Assembly (NCBI RefSeq): GCF_006345805.1
Contig: NC_043004.1
Coordinates: forward strand, 8,308,001-8,372,000
DNA length: 64,000 nucleotides
Reading direction: 5' to 3'
Source: Octopus sinensis
Lineage: Eukaryota
In this document: piece after piece, positions 39,467 to 52,330 of the stretch
How the letters are laid out: every line of letters begins with the position of its first letter
Numbering within the stretch: the stretch's first letter is position 1
Made by a program: the position numbers and the translations under genes
Notes under the pieces: model-generated
Told to the model about the DNA's origin: nothing
Seen by the model: the letters and a program-made list of their open reading frames with translations, nothing else
Databases searched by the model: none

Positions 39467-39837
39467 TAAGGAAAAATGTTTTAAAAATGCCGAATGCTCA
39501 ATGAAAGAAAATTTTAATAAAATGCGAAATGATAAAATATATAAATATATATTTATTCAACCGGTTTTCGTCATTGTATGACTGTCAAGAATATTTATGT
39601 TTTAAGAAGTATTTTAAAATTAGAAATGGGAAAAAAAGAAAATTGCATTGTTTTTCCCATTTCTAATTTTTTCCCATTTCTAATTTTTAAAATAACTTCT
39701 TAAAACATAAATATTCTTGACAAGTATACAATGACGAAAACCGATTGAATAAATATATATTTATATATTTATCATTTTCGCATTTTATTAAAATTTTCTT
39801 TCATTTGAGCATTCTGCATTTTAAAACATTTTCCTTA
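39467..39837. repeat. ~170-bp-arm inverted repeat (divergent pLTR-like pair) with decayed hammerheads
   Basis: 39467-39636 versus 39667-39837; each arm carries tattc-ttgaca-gtcat..atgac-gaaaaccg(g/a)tt-gaata then AATAAA. Confidence 0.9.
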
Positions 39838-39997
39838 TATCATTTCTCCACGTGCGGTCAACACAACCCCACCATTTATTGATTATATATATATATATAT
39901 ATTTATATGTATATATCTATATGTATCTCTCTCTCTCTCTCTCTCCTATCTATATTATATATATATATATATATAATAGATATTATATATATATATG

Positions 39998-40078
<81 letters not shown>

Positions 40079-40431
40079 TATACTCATACCTACACGTGGT
40101 GTCTGTGTACATATATGTTGATACATGAATGTACACACGCACGCAGACACACACACACAAAACACACTCACACACAGACACACACACACACACGCACATA
40201 CTATATTTTTGAATTGTTTTTGTACTGAAATTTTCCTTTCCTCCTGCATCCCCGTCCCCCCACACACATTTTTCTCCCCTTGTGCCTCTTGTTTCTGGAA
40301 ATCTTTCTTTTCGTAACAACAGTTTCCACTTGGGAGTTGATAAAAATTGGAAAGCTAATAAAACAAGAAACAAAAGATGCTGTTATTGTTTCTGTCTTGT
40401 TACGAACACTAAACACGATATACAGTCGGAA

Positions 40432-40511
<80 letters not shown>

Positions 40512-40530
40512 CAACAACAATAATAATAAT
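40432..40530. repeat. (AAT)n/(AAC)n microsatellite
   Basis: Direct reading. Confidence 0.95.
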
Positions 40531-40811
40531 AACCAAGTCCAGCTACTATTTAATCCGCGTTGAGGGATTGATAAGTACAATGCAAATGTTGTTTGTATAC
40601 GGTAGCTGGAACTTGTGTTCGCAGGAGACTGGAAAGAAGCGAATAAAAAAATATACACATATTATTCATATATTGATATCATAAGCAGATATAATATAGC
40701 ATATATATATGTATATATATATATATATTGTATATATATATATATGTCTATAGATAATATATATATTATATATATATATATTATTATATAATATTATATA
40801 TATATATTATA

Positions 40812-40853
<42 letters not shown>

Positions 40854-41255
40854 TATATATATATGTATATATGTATATATATAATGTAATATATATATTT
40901 ATAAATATATACACATACTTACAGGTGCATATATATATGTATATATACATATACATTTATATAAACACATGTGTATATGTGCGTGTTTTCGTTTGTGTGT
41001 GTGTATATACTACATGCATTCTTGCAAATCCCTGTGTGTGTGAGTGTGTGTGTGTGTGTGTATTTTTGTATGTCTGGAACGACAACGGGAAAACAAGAGT
41101 AGCCACTATCTCTAGTTTCAAATTTCTGGCTGGACACAAATGTTTTTCCAGTGAATTTCGTTGTGGAGAGGCAAAGAAAAAATAATGTAGTCAAGCAAAA
41201 ACAATAAAACGTCCCAGCTGAATTGAATAAACATAGACTGCGACTTACTGCTTCA

Positions 41256-41292
<37 letters not shown>

Positions 41293-41652
41293 TGATTAAT
41301 GTGCGTATTTTATGTTTTGTTTTTCTCCAAGCTAACTTCGTATTAATCAAATCGTATCGATATCGCATTGAGTACAATAATAACATGTTTCGACACCAAT
41401 TGAATCCACAGCTTATTATTGCGCTCGGAATTCCTTTCACATTCATAACAGCCACTAGTAGCAATGATGCTGTCTTGAATATATTTCTCCCACGGATGGC
41501 TATACGGTTAAGAAGCTCCCTTGCAACCATTTCGTTTCGGGTTCTATCTTGTCCCACTAAGAAACATCTTGTTTAAGTGTGTTCCGTAATAGCCCCACGC
41601 TGACCAAAGCATCGTGAGTGGATTTGGAATACGGAAACTCTCTTGAAGCCCT

Positions 41653-41732
<80 letters not shown>

Positions 41733-42339
41733 CAACAAAAATAAAACAAAACAGGAAAACGGAATTCTTTGTTATTATTTATTTTGCATTACACAAGTTT
41801 CATTTGCTAATAGGAATTATAAATATTTACACGTTGTGTAGTAATGTAATGAATTTCCTATTAGAAAATATTCAGTGAAAATTTTTATGATGAATTATAA
41901 AATATTTTTCTGTTTGAAAATGTTCTCATTGTAAATTCCTTTATGTCTATCTCACATGTAAATCTTTGTAATTCCTTGAAGAAAATGAAACACATATCAT
42001 GAAGAATAAATAATACGAACAAAATAAAATCTTCATTTGTTTTTTTCGCTGTTTTTTGTTATAATCTTACCATTTTCCGCTGCTTTCACTCGATTTGTTT
42101 AAAGCTGCGCTTTCTTTCAGTGTGGAAGAAACGTGTAAAGTATCGAAGACTCCAATCAGTGATTCTCATCCTAAAATATATAGCTGAAAATAATATTCCG
42201 ATTGAAAGCAAGTCATTTGAACAAATATGATTGGGATATATACAGTCAGATAAGGGGAAATATGAGGAGAAAAAGAAAAGTTTGATACAACTAAAAGGAG
42301 AAAAAAAGAAAAAGAATGCTGTCTTTAAAAATATAAAAC

Positions 42340-43030
42340 TAGCACTGAGAAACATTTATACCAAAACCAGAGATTATTAAAATATTATGTATGAGCCACT
42401 CTACTATAAGAATCTGACGTATAGACATGAATGAAAACTAGTCTGAAATAAAATTAAAGTCTTTAAGATGTCGCATAGAAAAGGGTTTTGTGAATATCAA
42501 AGACAAAACACTAAACCAATAAGAAGGATTAAGAATAGTAAAAACAAAGAAAACATTATTAGACTTCGATCCATTTACTCCTCCCACAATTGTTTGGTGG
42601 GTCGCTGGAATATTCTCCTCAGGCACCGCTTCCACAGGATCCTATCAAAAGCAACCATCATTATACATTCGTGCTAGATTCTCAGGCGTGACCAACGAGG
42701 ATTATCTCGATGATGGTTTATCACTAGATCTCCTACCAGTTGGCTAATATAATTATTACATTATTATCACTATCACACATAGATAGGAGCAGATAAACAT
42801 GAAAGCTCATAGATCTAACTTCTCTGCACTTTTTTAAAGTTCCTATTATTTTTTCGTCGCACTGATGAGTGCTATGATATTTGCAAATTCTAAAAGGAAA
42901 TTATATCTATGTACGAAACGATTGTATGCATGAATAAAATTCTTACAACTTTTTAACATCTTATCTCCTCTATTTTTGACAAATATGATTGGATTTGTAG
43001 AACTTCATTCCATAAATTAATCATACACTT
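42340..43030 (+). mobile_element. 5'-truncated PLE 3' end
   Basis: Weak GIY-YIG C-terminal remnant (EKGFVNIKDKTLNQ*EG), hammerhead, AATAAA 42933-38; ends at (TACA)n. Confidence 0.55.
42859..42929 (+). ncRNA. Type I hammerhead ribozyme motif
   Basis: Stem I gca/tgc, CTGATGA 42862-68, stem II gtgc/gtac, GAAA 42915-18, near-palindromic stem III ACGATTGT, GUA cleavage after 42926. Confidence 0.72.
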
Positions 43031-43264
43031 AATATACTAACACATACATACATACATACATACATACATACATACATACAACATACATACATACAAGCAT
43101 ACATACATACATATATATATGTATATATATATATATATATACATGTATATGTGTGTGTGCATATATATATATATATATGTTAAGGATGAAAAGGAACATA
43201 TATATACATACACACACACACAACACACCACACACACACAACACATAATATATATATATATAAA

Positions 43265-43297
<33 letters not shown>

Positions 43298-43534
43298 ATG
43301 AGCAATCTCGAGTATAATCAGCAGAAATTGCAAAGATAATCTGGAACTCGACTGAGGAAAGAAAAAAACTCCGAATGATCCGTCCTCGTTTCTTTGTTTT
43401 GTCTATCTGGATGTTTTGTTGTCCTTTCTTGTATCACTTAACTGTCTGGATGTTTTGCGTTCTTGTCCATTTTGTGTCTCTCTCTCTCTCTCTCTCTATC
43501 TCTCTTCCTCTCTCTCTATATATATATATAATAT

Positions 43535-43565
<31 letters not shown>

Positions 43566-43741
43566 TATATAAAAACATTTGCTGAGTAGACGTACACAAG
43601 CATAGAAGGCGCCTCTTTTCTCAAGACTTTAGTTTTTTAGATACTCACAGGAATATAATCAATATAAAGTTTGCCCCACAATTGAAGTATATTTCAAATT
43701 CTTATCGCTACAAGTGTGTGTGCATGCGTGTGTGTATGTGT

Positions 43742-43779
<38 letters not shown>

Positions 43780-44795
43780 TGCATATCAAAATAAACTCCC
43801 GCAGACATCCATGTGTTGTAGCGAAAGCAATCACCGCAGTCACAGTTTATTTTATTGTCCCGACAAAGTTATCTGATCTTAAAAACGATTATATTAATAC
43901 AAGTTAAAAATAGTTTTTCTACCATTTCATTTACATATTTATATTTGACTGAAATGTTCTAAATTATTATAAAATAACATTCACCATATATTTGATAATT
44001 CAGCGTGAAATTATAATTCAAAGAAACGTAAACGGTTTGATTTTCTGTAAATAAGAAACCGGTTATTGTCTATCTTTGCTGAATATTGTGTGGTCCGTGG
44101 AGAATGGAAGAATCGAGGCAAACGCCTTTGGCTTCGGTCATGTCTTTCAAATTTCCAAAATAAAAAGAGTCGTTCTCTTAATAGCTTGTCATTTTGTCAA
44201 AGTGTTAATTAGAATTTAGTTATTGCAATGAAGCTCATTTGGTCATTATAAATAAATAGTTAAGTAAAAGTATAAAATAAATTAATTAAATATATAAGAA
44301 TAATTTATAGTTTCCATTAAGAATTTGGCAGGAATTCAATTAATATGGAATTATTCTGGTTGACCGACTTCGTCATGTATCTACTACCATTACCGAAAAC
44401 ATAACATGGAACAGGAATTAAACACATCGACCCTCACACAACGTCGCTTCAGAAATGGATTTCTATCATATAGCCCATGCTTGAGCACCACTATATTTAA
44501 ATGTAAATAGTAGTAGAATCACACCACTCATCAGATTTTCTGCAGACTAGCTAACGAGTGAGCTTTTATGTGTTGCTCTGATCACTAGAAATAGTAGCCA
44601 AACCTACTTGAAATCTCAGCTTTAAAAAGATAAGGAGTAACACATTGGATAATGAAGTTCAAGATAAACTATGCCTGGTCAGCAGGATTGTCCTCGACTG
44701 TACATTTATTTGATTTGTGTTGACCTCGGGTCAAGCAACAATAAACTGGAAGAGAGTACATTTTATAAAAATGCGTATATTTTGAGTGAGAAATC

Positions 44796-44834
<39 letters not shown>

Positions 44835-45735
44835 GGACAGAAAAAGTCAAAGTGAAAGAAATGTTTATCGGAAGTCGTGAAGATAAGAAGTGGTTAAGCC
44901 TATTTGACAACGAGACGAGTGGTATTCTGGGATAGTAGCGGTAGTTAAACAGAATCTCTGGCAGACTCCAGGCGTCGATGAAGACCAACCAAACAGGTTA
45001 TTCTGTAGGACTTTCAGCTTATGGATAGACTGTGGAACTTTAAAAATCCATGACTGGCAGTGCTGCCGGAACCGTTTTCGGTGGGGATAAACGATGCCGG
45101 CATGGAAATGTCGTTAGTCGGGTCCAAGAAAAGCAGAGAGCCATGCAAACGTTTTCCCAAATTCCTTGAGTTTCTGAGCATTGTTGTCAAATGTCAGCAG
45201 AACGGAGCTGAATATCAGCTGAATCCCTTGTAAAGATTTTTCTACTGCCTCTCCTTTAGCAAGGAGAGGCAGTTTTCTTGTCTGGTGGTAAGCGCTTAAG
45301 TGGTTTACGGTATATGTTTTTGAAGTGACCATAACAGGACTCCAGCTCTGCGATCCAGCCCTCACCAGTTTCACTTAATGTTCAAGCAAAAGCAGAAGGA
45401 GAAGGGCGAAAGAAAGGTGCTATTGTTCTTAAAAAGTAAATTTGATGAAACAAGCTGCGAAAATAAAAGGGAAATGAATGGAATTCTGATGTAGGGGTTT
45501 TGGAAAGTTTTGAACCCACCTAACTGGTGCTCTCTACTCTGTAAGTCCACTTTTTCAATTCATATTGCTTTCAAAAGTTTTCTACTCGACCAAATGACCC
45601 TTCTGTAATATGTGCAGCTGAGTATTTTCGGGATGTAGAGTTATATTTGTATATAACATCAGTTTTCGTTTGTTATCAGCCTTGTTTCGGGTGTTGTGTT
45701 AGCGTTATGTTTATGTTTACTGTATAATGTGTGTG

Positions 45736-45779
<44 letters not shown>

Positions 45780-46895
45780 ACGTGATTTGTCTTTGTTGGG
45801 TGGTGTTCGTGTTTTGCATGTATCGTGTAATTATTGTAATGTATTTAGTGTCGGACGGCAATTGGAAAGAGAGAATACTGCACTGTGTGCTCTGAGATAA
45901 CGGGTAGCAATTGTGTAGAATGTGAATTGCTGTTAGAATAACGGGTATTGCTTATGTACTCTGTATCGGATGGTTGATTGCATTTTATGTTTGGTGGTAG
46001 TTTTGTAAAACTATCTTCTGCATGAGTTGTCTTATTTCATTAAGTTCTTGTTATTATGATATGCGTTGTGGGCAAAGAATGTCCTGTTTAAGTCGCGTTC
46101 GCATCAATCACACAGCATTGAGCCGCCAATTCTTTATTTTCATTTGAACTGTATTTCACTTTGGTTTTAGTGTATCTGCACAAAAATGCTCTATTTAGAA
46201 AGCGTAAAGTCGTGCTTTGCCCGTCACTACAGGGAATTAGATTATATATTCAATTGAGTATTCTTATTATTTTAATGAAAATATGATACAGTTTTCCTTT
46301 GATATAGTTTGTATTTGCTATATTTCATATCTTATTTCATAATGAGATATTTGCTACTTTTTCGGAACCCAAATTCTAGTTTCCCGATAATTATAGGTTT
46401 GATTGTTGACGTTATAATGTCACACGATGCCGTCATATCAGATGCTTGAATAAGGACCGTACTGTGAGAGGAGTTATATTGACTCCCATGTTTTTCAAGT
46501 TCTTTTTTACCTTTTTAATTGGCTCGTAAAAAAGACAAAAATCTCCACGAATTGTAAAACCATACTCTCACATCTCAACCGTTTCTTTTCGGTTGGTGCT
46601 TATCCTAACGACAAATTACGTGATACGGATATGCCGGTGTATCACGAGATGTAATATGAAGTAAATATGAAGTTAAGGAAGTTTATATTTAAATTGTCTT
46701 CAAACATTAAAAAAGGAAATATAAAAGATAACATACAGAATGATATCTAGGACACGTCGGAATTAAAGTCTCGTACTTTAGAAAGTAATGTGTGCGTATA
46801 TCTGCGTATCCATATATACGTATATATAATATATATATACATACATATGTGTTTGTATATATACACCACACCACATATATATATAGTATACATAC

Positions 46896-46932
<37 letters not shown>

Positions 46933-47899
46933 TATATGCATGTATATATATAATATGTATATGCATGTATGTATATATATATATACTATTATATATATAT
47001 TATATATATATATAGATATATATACATATATGTATAAATATATATATATATTATTGTTATTGATGTGAAATCCTACATATATTATATATACATATACACA
47101 CATATATGTATGTATACATGTATGCATGCAAATATGTATCAGGTTCGCTTTAGTATTTCTTTTGCAAGACATTTGGTTCCTAACGAGGTGTTGAAACAGA
47201 TATTATTGAACTCCGCCACCAACCACGTTTCCTTGCAAAATATCCATTGGTTTTTTATTTATTTTATGCATTATAAGCAGTTTATTGTTTGATTAGTTAT
47301 TTGATTTTTAAATAAATAACATTATTGTTCAAATGGATGGACAAAGATCTTCGGTCAGAGCGTGTGACTTTATTGATGACAACGTGGGACCAAGTGCAAT
47401 TCTTCGGGGTTAACACTCACTCAGCACTCGGCGCACGTTTCTCGAATCTGGCAGAGCATGAAAGAATCTGACAGAGAACAAAGAGGGCTGGGTACATCGT
47501 CACCACAAATGAAAGCACAGGAGGCTGTTATGACGAATGGAACTTGATAGACACATTAATGAATAAATTATTTATTTAATTAATTAGATAATTATCTCAT
47601 TAAAATGAAATGCAATCAGTACAACCAGTGTTTTCTTGGCAGTATGTTCCACTCAATTACAACGTATGTATGTATGTATGTGTGAGTCTCTCTCTCTCTC
47701 CCTCCCCCGCTCTCTGTGTATCTCTCTCTTTATATATCCGTAAATATAAATCCTTATGTCTACACACAGACACGTACATATGGTGATTGTTTGTAGAAAT
47801 TATAAACGAAAAATCCCTTTTATTTTAATGCTTTGGCAGAATCCACTTTGGTACAGAATTTATTTAAGTGACAAAATATTAATATATAAGGATTAATTA

Positions 47900-48060
47900 A
47901 GCGGAGAGACACGTGTGATAAGAAGCTTGCTTCCCAAACACATGGTTCCGGGTTCAGTCCCACTGCATGGCACCTTAGGCAAGTGTCTTCGGCTATAGCC
48001 TCGGGCCGACCAAAGCCTTGTGAGTGGATTTGGTAGACGGAAACTGAAAGAAGCCCGTCG
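47900..48060 (+). mobile_element. SINE family B 5' half
   Basis: ggttccgggttcagtcccactg...gaaactgaaagaagcccgtcg; an opposite-strand tail fragment follows at about 48092-48138. Confidence 0.85.
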
Positions 48061-48153
48061 TATATATATATATAATATATATATATATATTGCTTGTTTC
48101 AGTCATTTGACTGTGGCCATGCTGGAGCACCACCTTTAATATAACAAAAAACT

Positions 48154-48217
48154 TAGCAGAGCGTAGCTTCGATCTACGACCTCTGGGTATGAGCACAGCA
48201 CGCTTCCACTGCGCCAC
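48154..48217 (-). pseudogene. tRNA-iMet pseudogene
   Basis: gtggcgcagtggaagcgtgctg..cata-cccagaggtcgtagatcgaagctacgctctgcta; initiator-type ATCG T-loop, T-run just 3'. The 5' acceptor strand AGCAGA is missing and the anticodon arm is damaged. Confidence 0.82.
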
Positions 48218-48237
48218 ACACAAATATATATACCTAT

Positions 48238-48275
<38 letters not shown>

Positions 48276-49234
48276 TATATATATTATTAATATATATATA
48301 TATATATATATAATATATATATAATATATATATATACTTAAGAGGGTGCGTGCGTTTTGTCGTATAATATATTAATAAAAGAAATAAACATATGCATATA
48401 TATAAACATATATGTACGTACCTACCTCTACATGTACATATACACGCATATATGAGTACAGGAACCAAAGGGACGTCGAACACATAGAGAAACGAAACTA
48501 GACACAACCCAAGAGAACAGGACATTTTTTTAAAAACAACAAAAAATGGAGTACAGGACAGTTAACACAAACGAAAAAAACCCTTCTTCAGTCGCTAACG
48601 TTTCATCTACTCACGTTTCGAAGGATAAAAGCGAGCGAGACGTATCTTCGACAAGAAACTTTCTTTCCATGCGAAAAAGCAAATCATTAAGATTCTGAGA
48701 TCTTTTCGCAGAGGGGTAAAAAATGGTAAAAAAAATGGTAAAAAAACGAGGACAGTAACGACAGTACAAAAAATAAAACAGTAAAAAAAAATATATATAA
48801 ACAGTAAAAAAATATATATAACAGTAAAAAGACAGGACAGGGGAGAACAAGATAAGAAGGGCTGTTGACGCCGAACGAAAAAAGTATTGCAAACGCTGAA
48901 TTTTTTGTGAACGAAAGAGAGAGCAGGAAAAGTCGTCCAGTAGCCTAAAAGGCGGGCGAGAAAGACCGTTAGCAGTTACGGCGGAAGTATCGTCGCAGAT
49001 GGACGACGGGAATAGGGAGGAGGAGCAAGAGGGAAGGGAGAGAAGAAAGGGAATGGTGCGAAGAGACCATGAAGAATGGTGAGGGGGAGAGAGAGAGAAT
49101 GAAGAATGAGAGAGAGAGGAAGAGAGAGACAAGTTAAGTGAGGAAAAAAAAAGGGGAAAAGGGGATGGGATAGAAAGAAAGAAAGAAAGAAAGAGCAGAG
49201 TGCGCGTGTATATATATATTCATATTTGTGCGTT

Positions 49235-49430
49235 TGTTCCCCACCATCGCTTCACAACCGATGTTGGTGTGTTTATGTTCCCGTCACTTAGCGGTTCAGC
49301 AAAAGAGACCGATAGAATAAGTACTAGGCTTACAAAGTATAAGTCATGGGGTCGATTTGTTCGACTAAAAACGGTGCTCCTGCATGGCCGCAGTCAAATG
49401 ACTGCAACAAGTAAAAGAATAAAAGACTAA
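49235..49430 (+). mobile_element. SINE family B 3' half
   Basis: ttagcggttcagcaaaagagaccgatagaataagtactaggc...gtaaaagaataaaaga. Confidence 0.85.
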
Positions 49431-49940
49431 AAAAAATAAACGTATATCAAAATAGATACGCACACACACCACACGCACCGCATGCACAGGACGCCACATG
49501 CATGCACGCACACACACAAACACACACGCCACATGCATGCACGCACACACACAAACATACACACACATACACACGCACCGCACATACGTACATATATACA
49601 CACACGCCGAGTAAATACCATTTCATAAGTAAAGCGACAGCCGAGTGTTAACCTTACGACCAACAGCCGCCCCTGTTCGAGGAGTTATTTTGTATTTTTG
49701 TCGTTTAAATACCCCGAGATCCGGGATTAGATGCCGCATAATGAGTCAAGACCTTGTGACGGGTTCTGGTTTTAATTTTTATATGTTGGACGTGAGGGCA
49801 TTTTTCAAGAGATTACGCGTTCATAAAGGCATGTGGCGCTTTTGGTCTCGCATCAGCGGGCGGCAAAAAGACTCGTATAAGAAATAAAATGAAACAAAAC
49901 AAAACAAAATAAAGTATAATAAAACAAAAAATAAATAATC

Positions 49941-50214
49941 TGTTGTATAGCGAAACTGTACATTCCTCCCGGTAAAAAGTGGTAGTAGCCAGCCATTATA
50001 AATAGACCAGTAGCCGGTCGACAGAAGAAGGTAAGGAAGGTCGAGAGTACATGTAGACTGTGTTGATAGTCGTGTCTGTACTGATATGGGAATTATACTG
50101 TGATACTGAGTGGATGTCATATCGATCCAACCTTTTGAGGATAATAACACTGTACGACTTGGGGTCGTACAGTAATAAATAGAACCGTTCAATCGACAAC
50201 TTCGGAATGTAACA
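49941..50214 (+). mobile_element. 5' LTR of a Ty3/gypsy element
   Basis: TG...CA ends, tataaata box, hairpin actgtacgac/gtcgtacagt, AATAAA, followed by a decayed tRNA-Leu-like PBS (tttgtcagagtg). Confidence 0.6.
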
Positions 50215-50459
50215 ATGTTTGTCAGAGTGACAACCATCGTCAAAAGACAGATACAACAGTGACAAAAGACTGTTTTACAACAGTAGCGACGAGAAAAGAC
50301 AAATCTACGCGGAGTGAAAAAACAAATATTCACATGGAGAGTTTAAACTAATTCACGTGGGAAGTTAAATACCTCGGCAAAAAAGAAACAAAATTTTGTT
50401 CTGCAAACTTACGAAAACGTAAAATATGGAAGACTGGGAGAGTTGAGTTGCAAAAACAG

Positions 50460-51420
50460 CAACAACAACAACGAGATTGCAGCAGCAAATGTTATATTTA
50501 ATGAAGTTGATAACCAAACTGGGGAATACATTTTCGCTTGACCATGTAGCAAATTCCATAAGTGGATTCAAATATGACCCCGAAGAAAGAGTAACCTTCG
50601 AGGCTTACTTTCGAAGATTTCAACAAGTTTTTGAAAAAGAATGTCATGATTGGATGGAAGAAACGAAAATGCGTTTAGTTTTAAGAAAACTAGCAGCAGC
50701 AGCAGAGCATGAGAATTATAGTAACTTCATATTGGCAAAAAAAAAAAAAAAAAAGAAAAGAAATAAGTGTCTGGCATTAATTTCAATGACATAGTTAACA
50801 TTTTGTGCAAAATGTTTAGTGAAAAGAGCTCACTGTTTGATACTAAGTGGAAATGTTTAAACATAGAAAAGAACGAAAATTCTATCAAAACTGGAAATAT
50901 ATTTCTTTACTACCCTCAAGGGGCTAAACACAGAGGGGACAAACAAGGACAGACAAACGGGATTAAGTCGATTATATCGACCCCAGTGCGTAACTGGTAC
51001 TTATGAAATCGACCCCGAAAGGATGAAAGGCAAAGTCGACCTCAGAACGTAACGGCAGACGAAATACTGCTACGCATTTCGTCTTGCGTGCTAACGTTTC
51101 TGCCAGCTCGCCGCCTTCAAAACTGGAAATAAGCCAGGATCTGACATTGCAGAAACTGTCGGATGAGTGTGACAGGATATTAAAATTAAGGCATGACATG
51201 GTAGAAATTCAACGGAGTGTTTCCACATAAGACCAGAGCAAAAAGTCGGAAGACAAAGTGATGCAGGAAAAACAGAAAAAAATATCGGGATGTAGACCCA
51301 TGTATGATATGTTGTGGGATGCACCTGGAAAACGATTGTCCGTATGAAAAAGCAAAGTGTTTTCGCTGCGGGTTTACAGGACATATAAAATCGCTCTGCA
51401 AAACTAGAATGATAGGAAAA
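50460..51420 (+). pseudogene. Ty3/gypsy gag remnant with two CCHC knuckles
   Basis: FKYDPEERVTFEAYFRRF, KSSLFDTKWKCLN, LSKLEISQDLTLQKLSDEC, CGMHLENDCP, CFRCGFTGHIKSLC; internal deletion and SINE insertion; no pol or 3' LTR seen. Confidence 0.85.
50900..51116 (-). mobile_element. SINE family A inserted in gag with 15-bp TSD
   Basis: tcaaaactggaaata at 50885-50899 and 51117-51131. Confidence 0.93.
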
Positions 51421-51838
51421 TGGAACAAGAAAAAATAAATAGTTTATCAGCAGAAAAAGTGACTACAACAAATATAAAATTCGTATCTTTCCAAAAATCA
51501 GACGACATTTGAAAGAGAAAAGATTTTAAGAAGTCGAAGAAACCCAAGAGAATGCGATGAGGCAGCTGCTCACTGTTTCCTAAATAAAAAAGGACTTCCG
51601 GGAATGCTTCCATCAATGAAGACAACAAAGGATAAAGTGTGTGGTTTCAGAAGGGGACCACTTTGAAGGGCATTAAGCGCCGAACTAATAGCACCAGTCC
51701 CGATACTTTTTTTTTTATCAGACCTTGTAAGTTCTGTCCCACTGCGTGGCATCTTTGGCAAGTGTCTTCTACTATTGCCTTGGTCCGACCAAAGACTTGT
51801 GAGTGGATTTGGCAGACGGAAACTGAAAGAAGCCCGTC

Positions 51839-51892
<54 letters not shown>

Positions 51893-52330
51893 ATATATAT
51901 ATATAGCAAAATAAGAAAATGGAGAGGATACAAAACGACATACATCATCCAGTAGACAGTCCAGTGTGTGTATTTATTCCAAAACATTAGGAAGTGTTAG
52001 AAGAACACATACACATGTAGTAAATATGTGTTACACACACATGTGTATTAATATTACGGAGAAGAGCAAAAGATCAGTTCGTTACAGCCGTTTCTGCCAA
52101 GAGGAATGCTCCATCTCCATCTCCATCTCTTCAGTGTTCTGTAGGGAAGGGCAGATAAAGTTTGTATGATGAGTTTGCCTCTAGGCTTCTTCAGAGGGTC
52201 TAAGTGGTTAGGAGGGCTAATACATATAATAAACAGTTAGCAATAAGTACAGAAATAAATTAACTCTCACAGAAATATATATATATATATACATATGTAT
52301 ATATATATATATATATATACATATGTATAT

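Noticed and set aside
41330-41576. Open frames on both strands after a strong acceptor
   Set aside because: No recognisable domain or donor; may be chance. Isolated acceptor-like sites near 4683(-), 14248, 42119 and 63150 were set aside for the same reason.
43349-43385. Hammerhead-like ctgagga...ccgaat
   Set aside because: Stem II does not pair and GAAA is incomplete; at most a relic.
44449-44534. C/D snoRNA or hammerhead on the minus strand (CTGATGA...CTGA)
   Set aside because: Non-canonical C box, no terminal stem, and no stem II closing onto a GAAA.
48575-48625. Type II hammerhead arrangement on the minus strand
   Set aside because: Only 5 nt are available for stem I, and stem II would consume core bases.
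48611-49132. 173-aa minus-strand ORF
   Set aside because: Low-complexity pyrimidine-rich sequence, likely a repeat UTR; no domain recognised.
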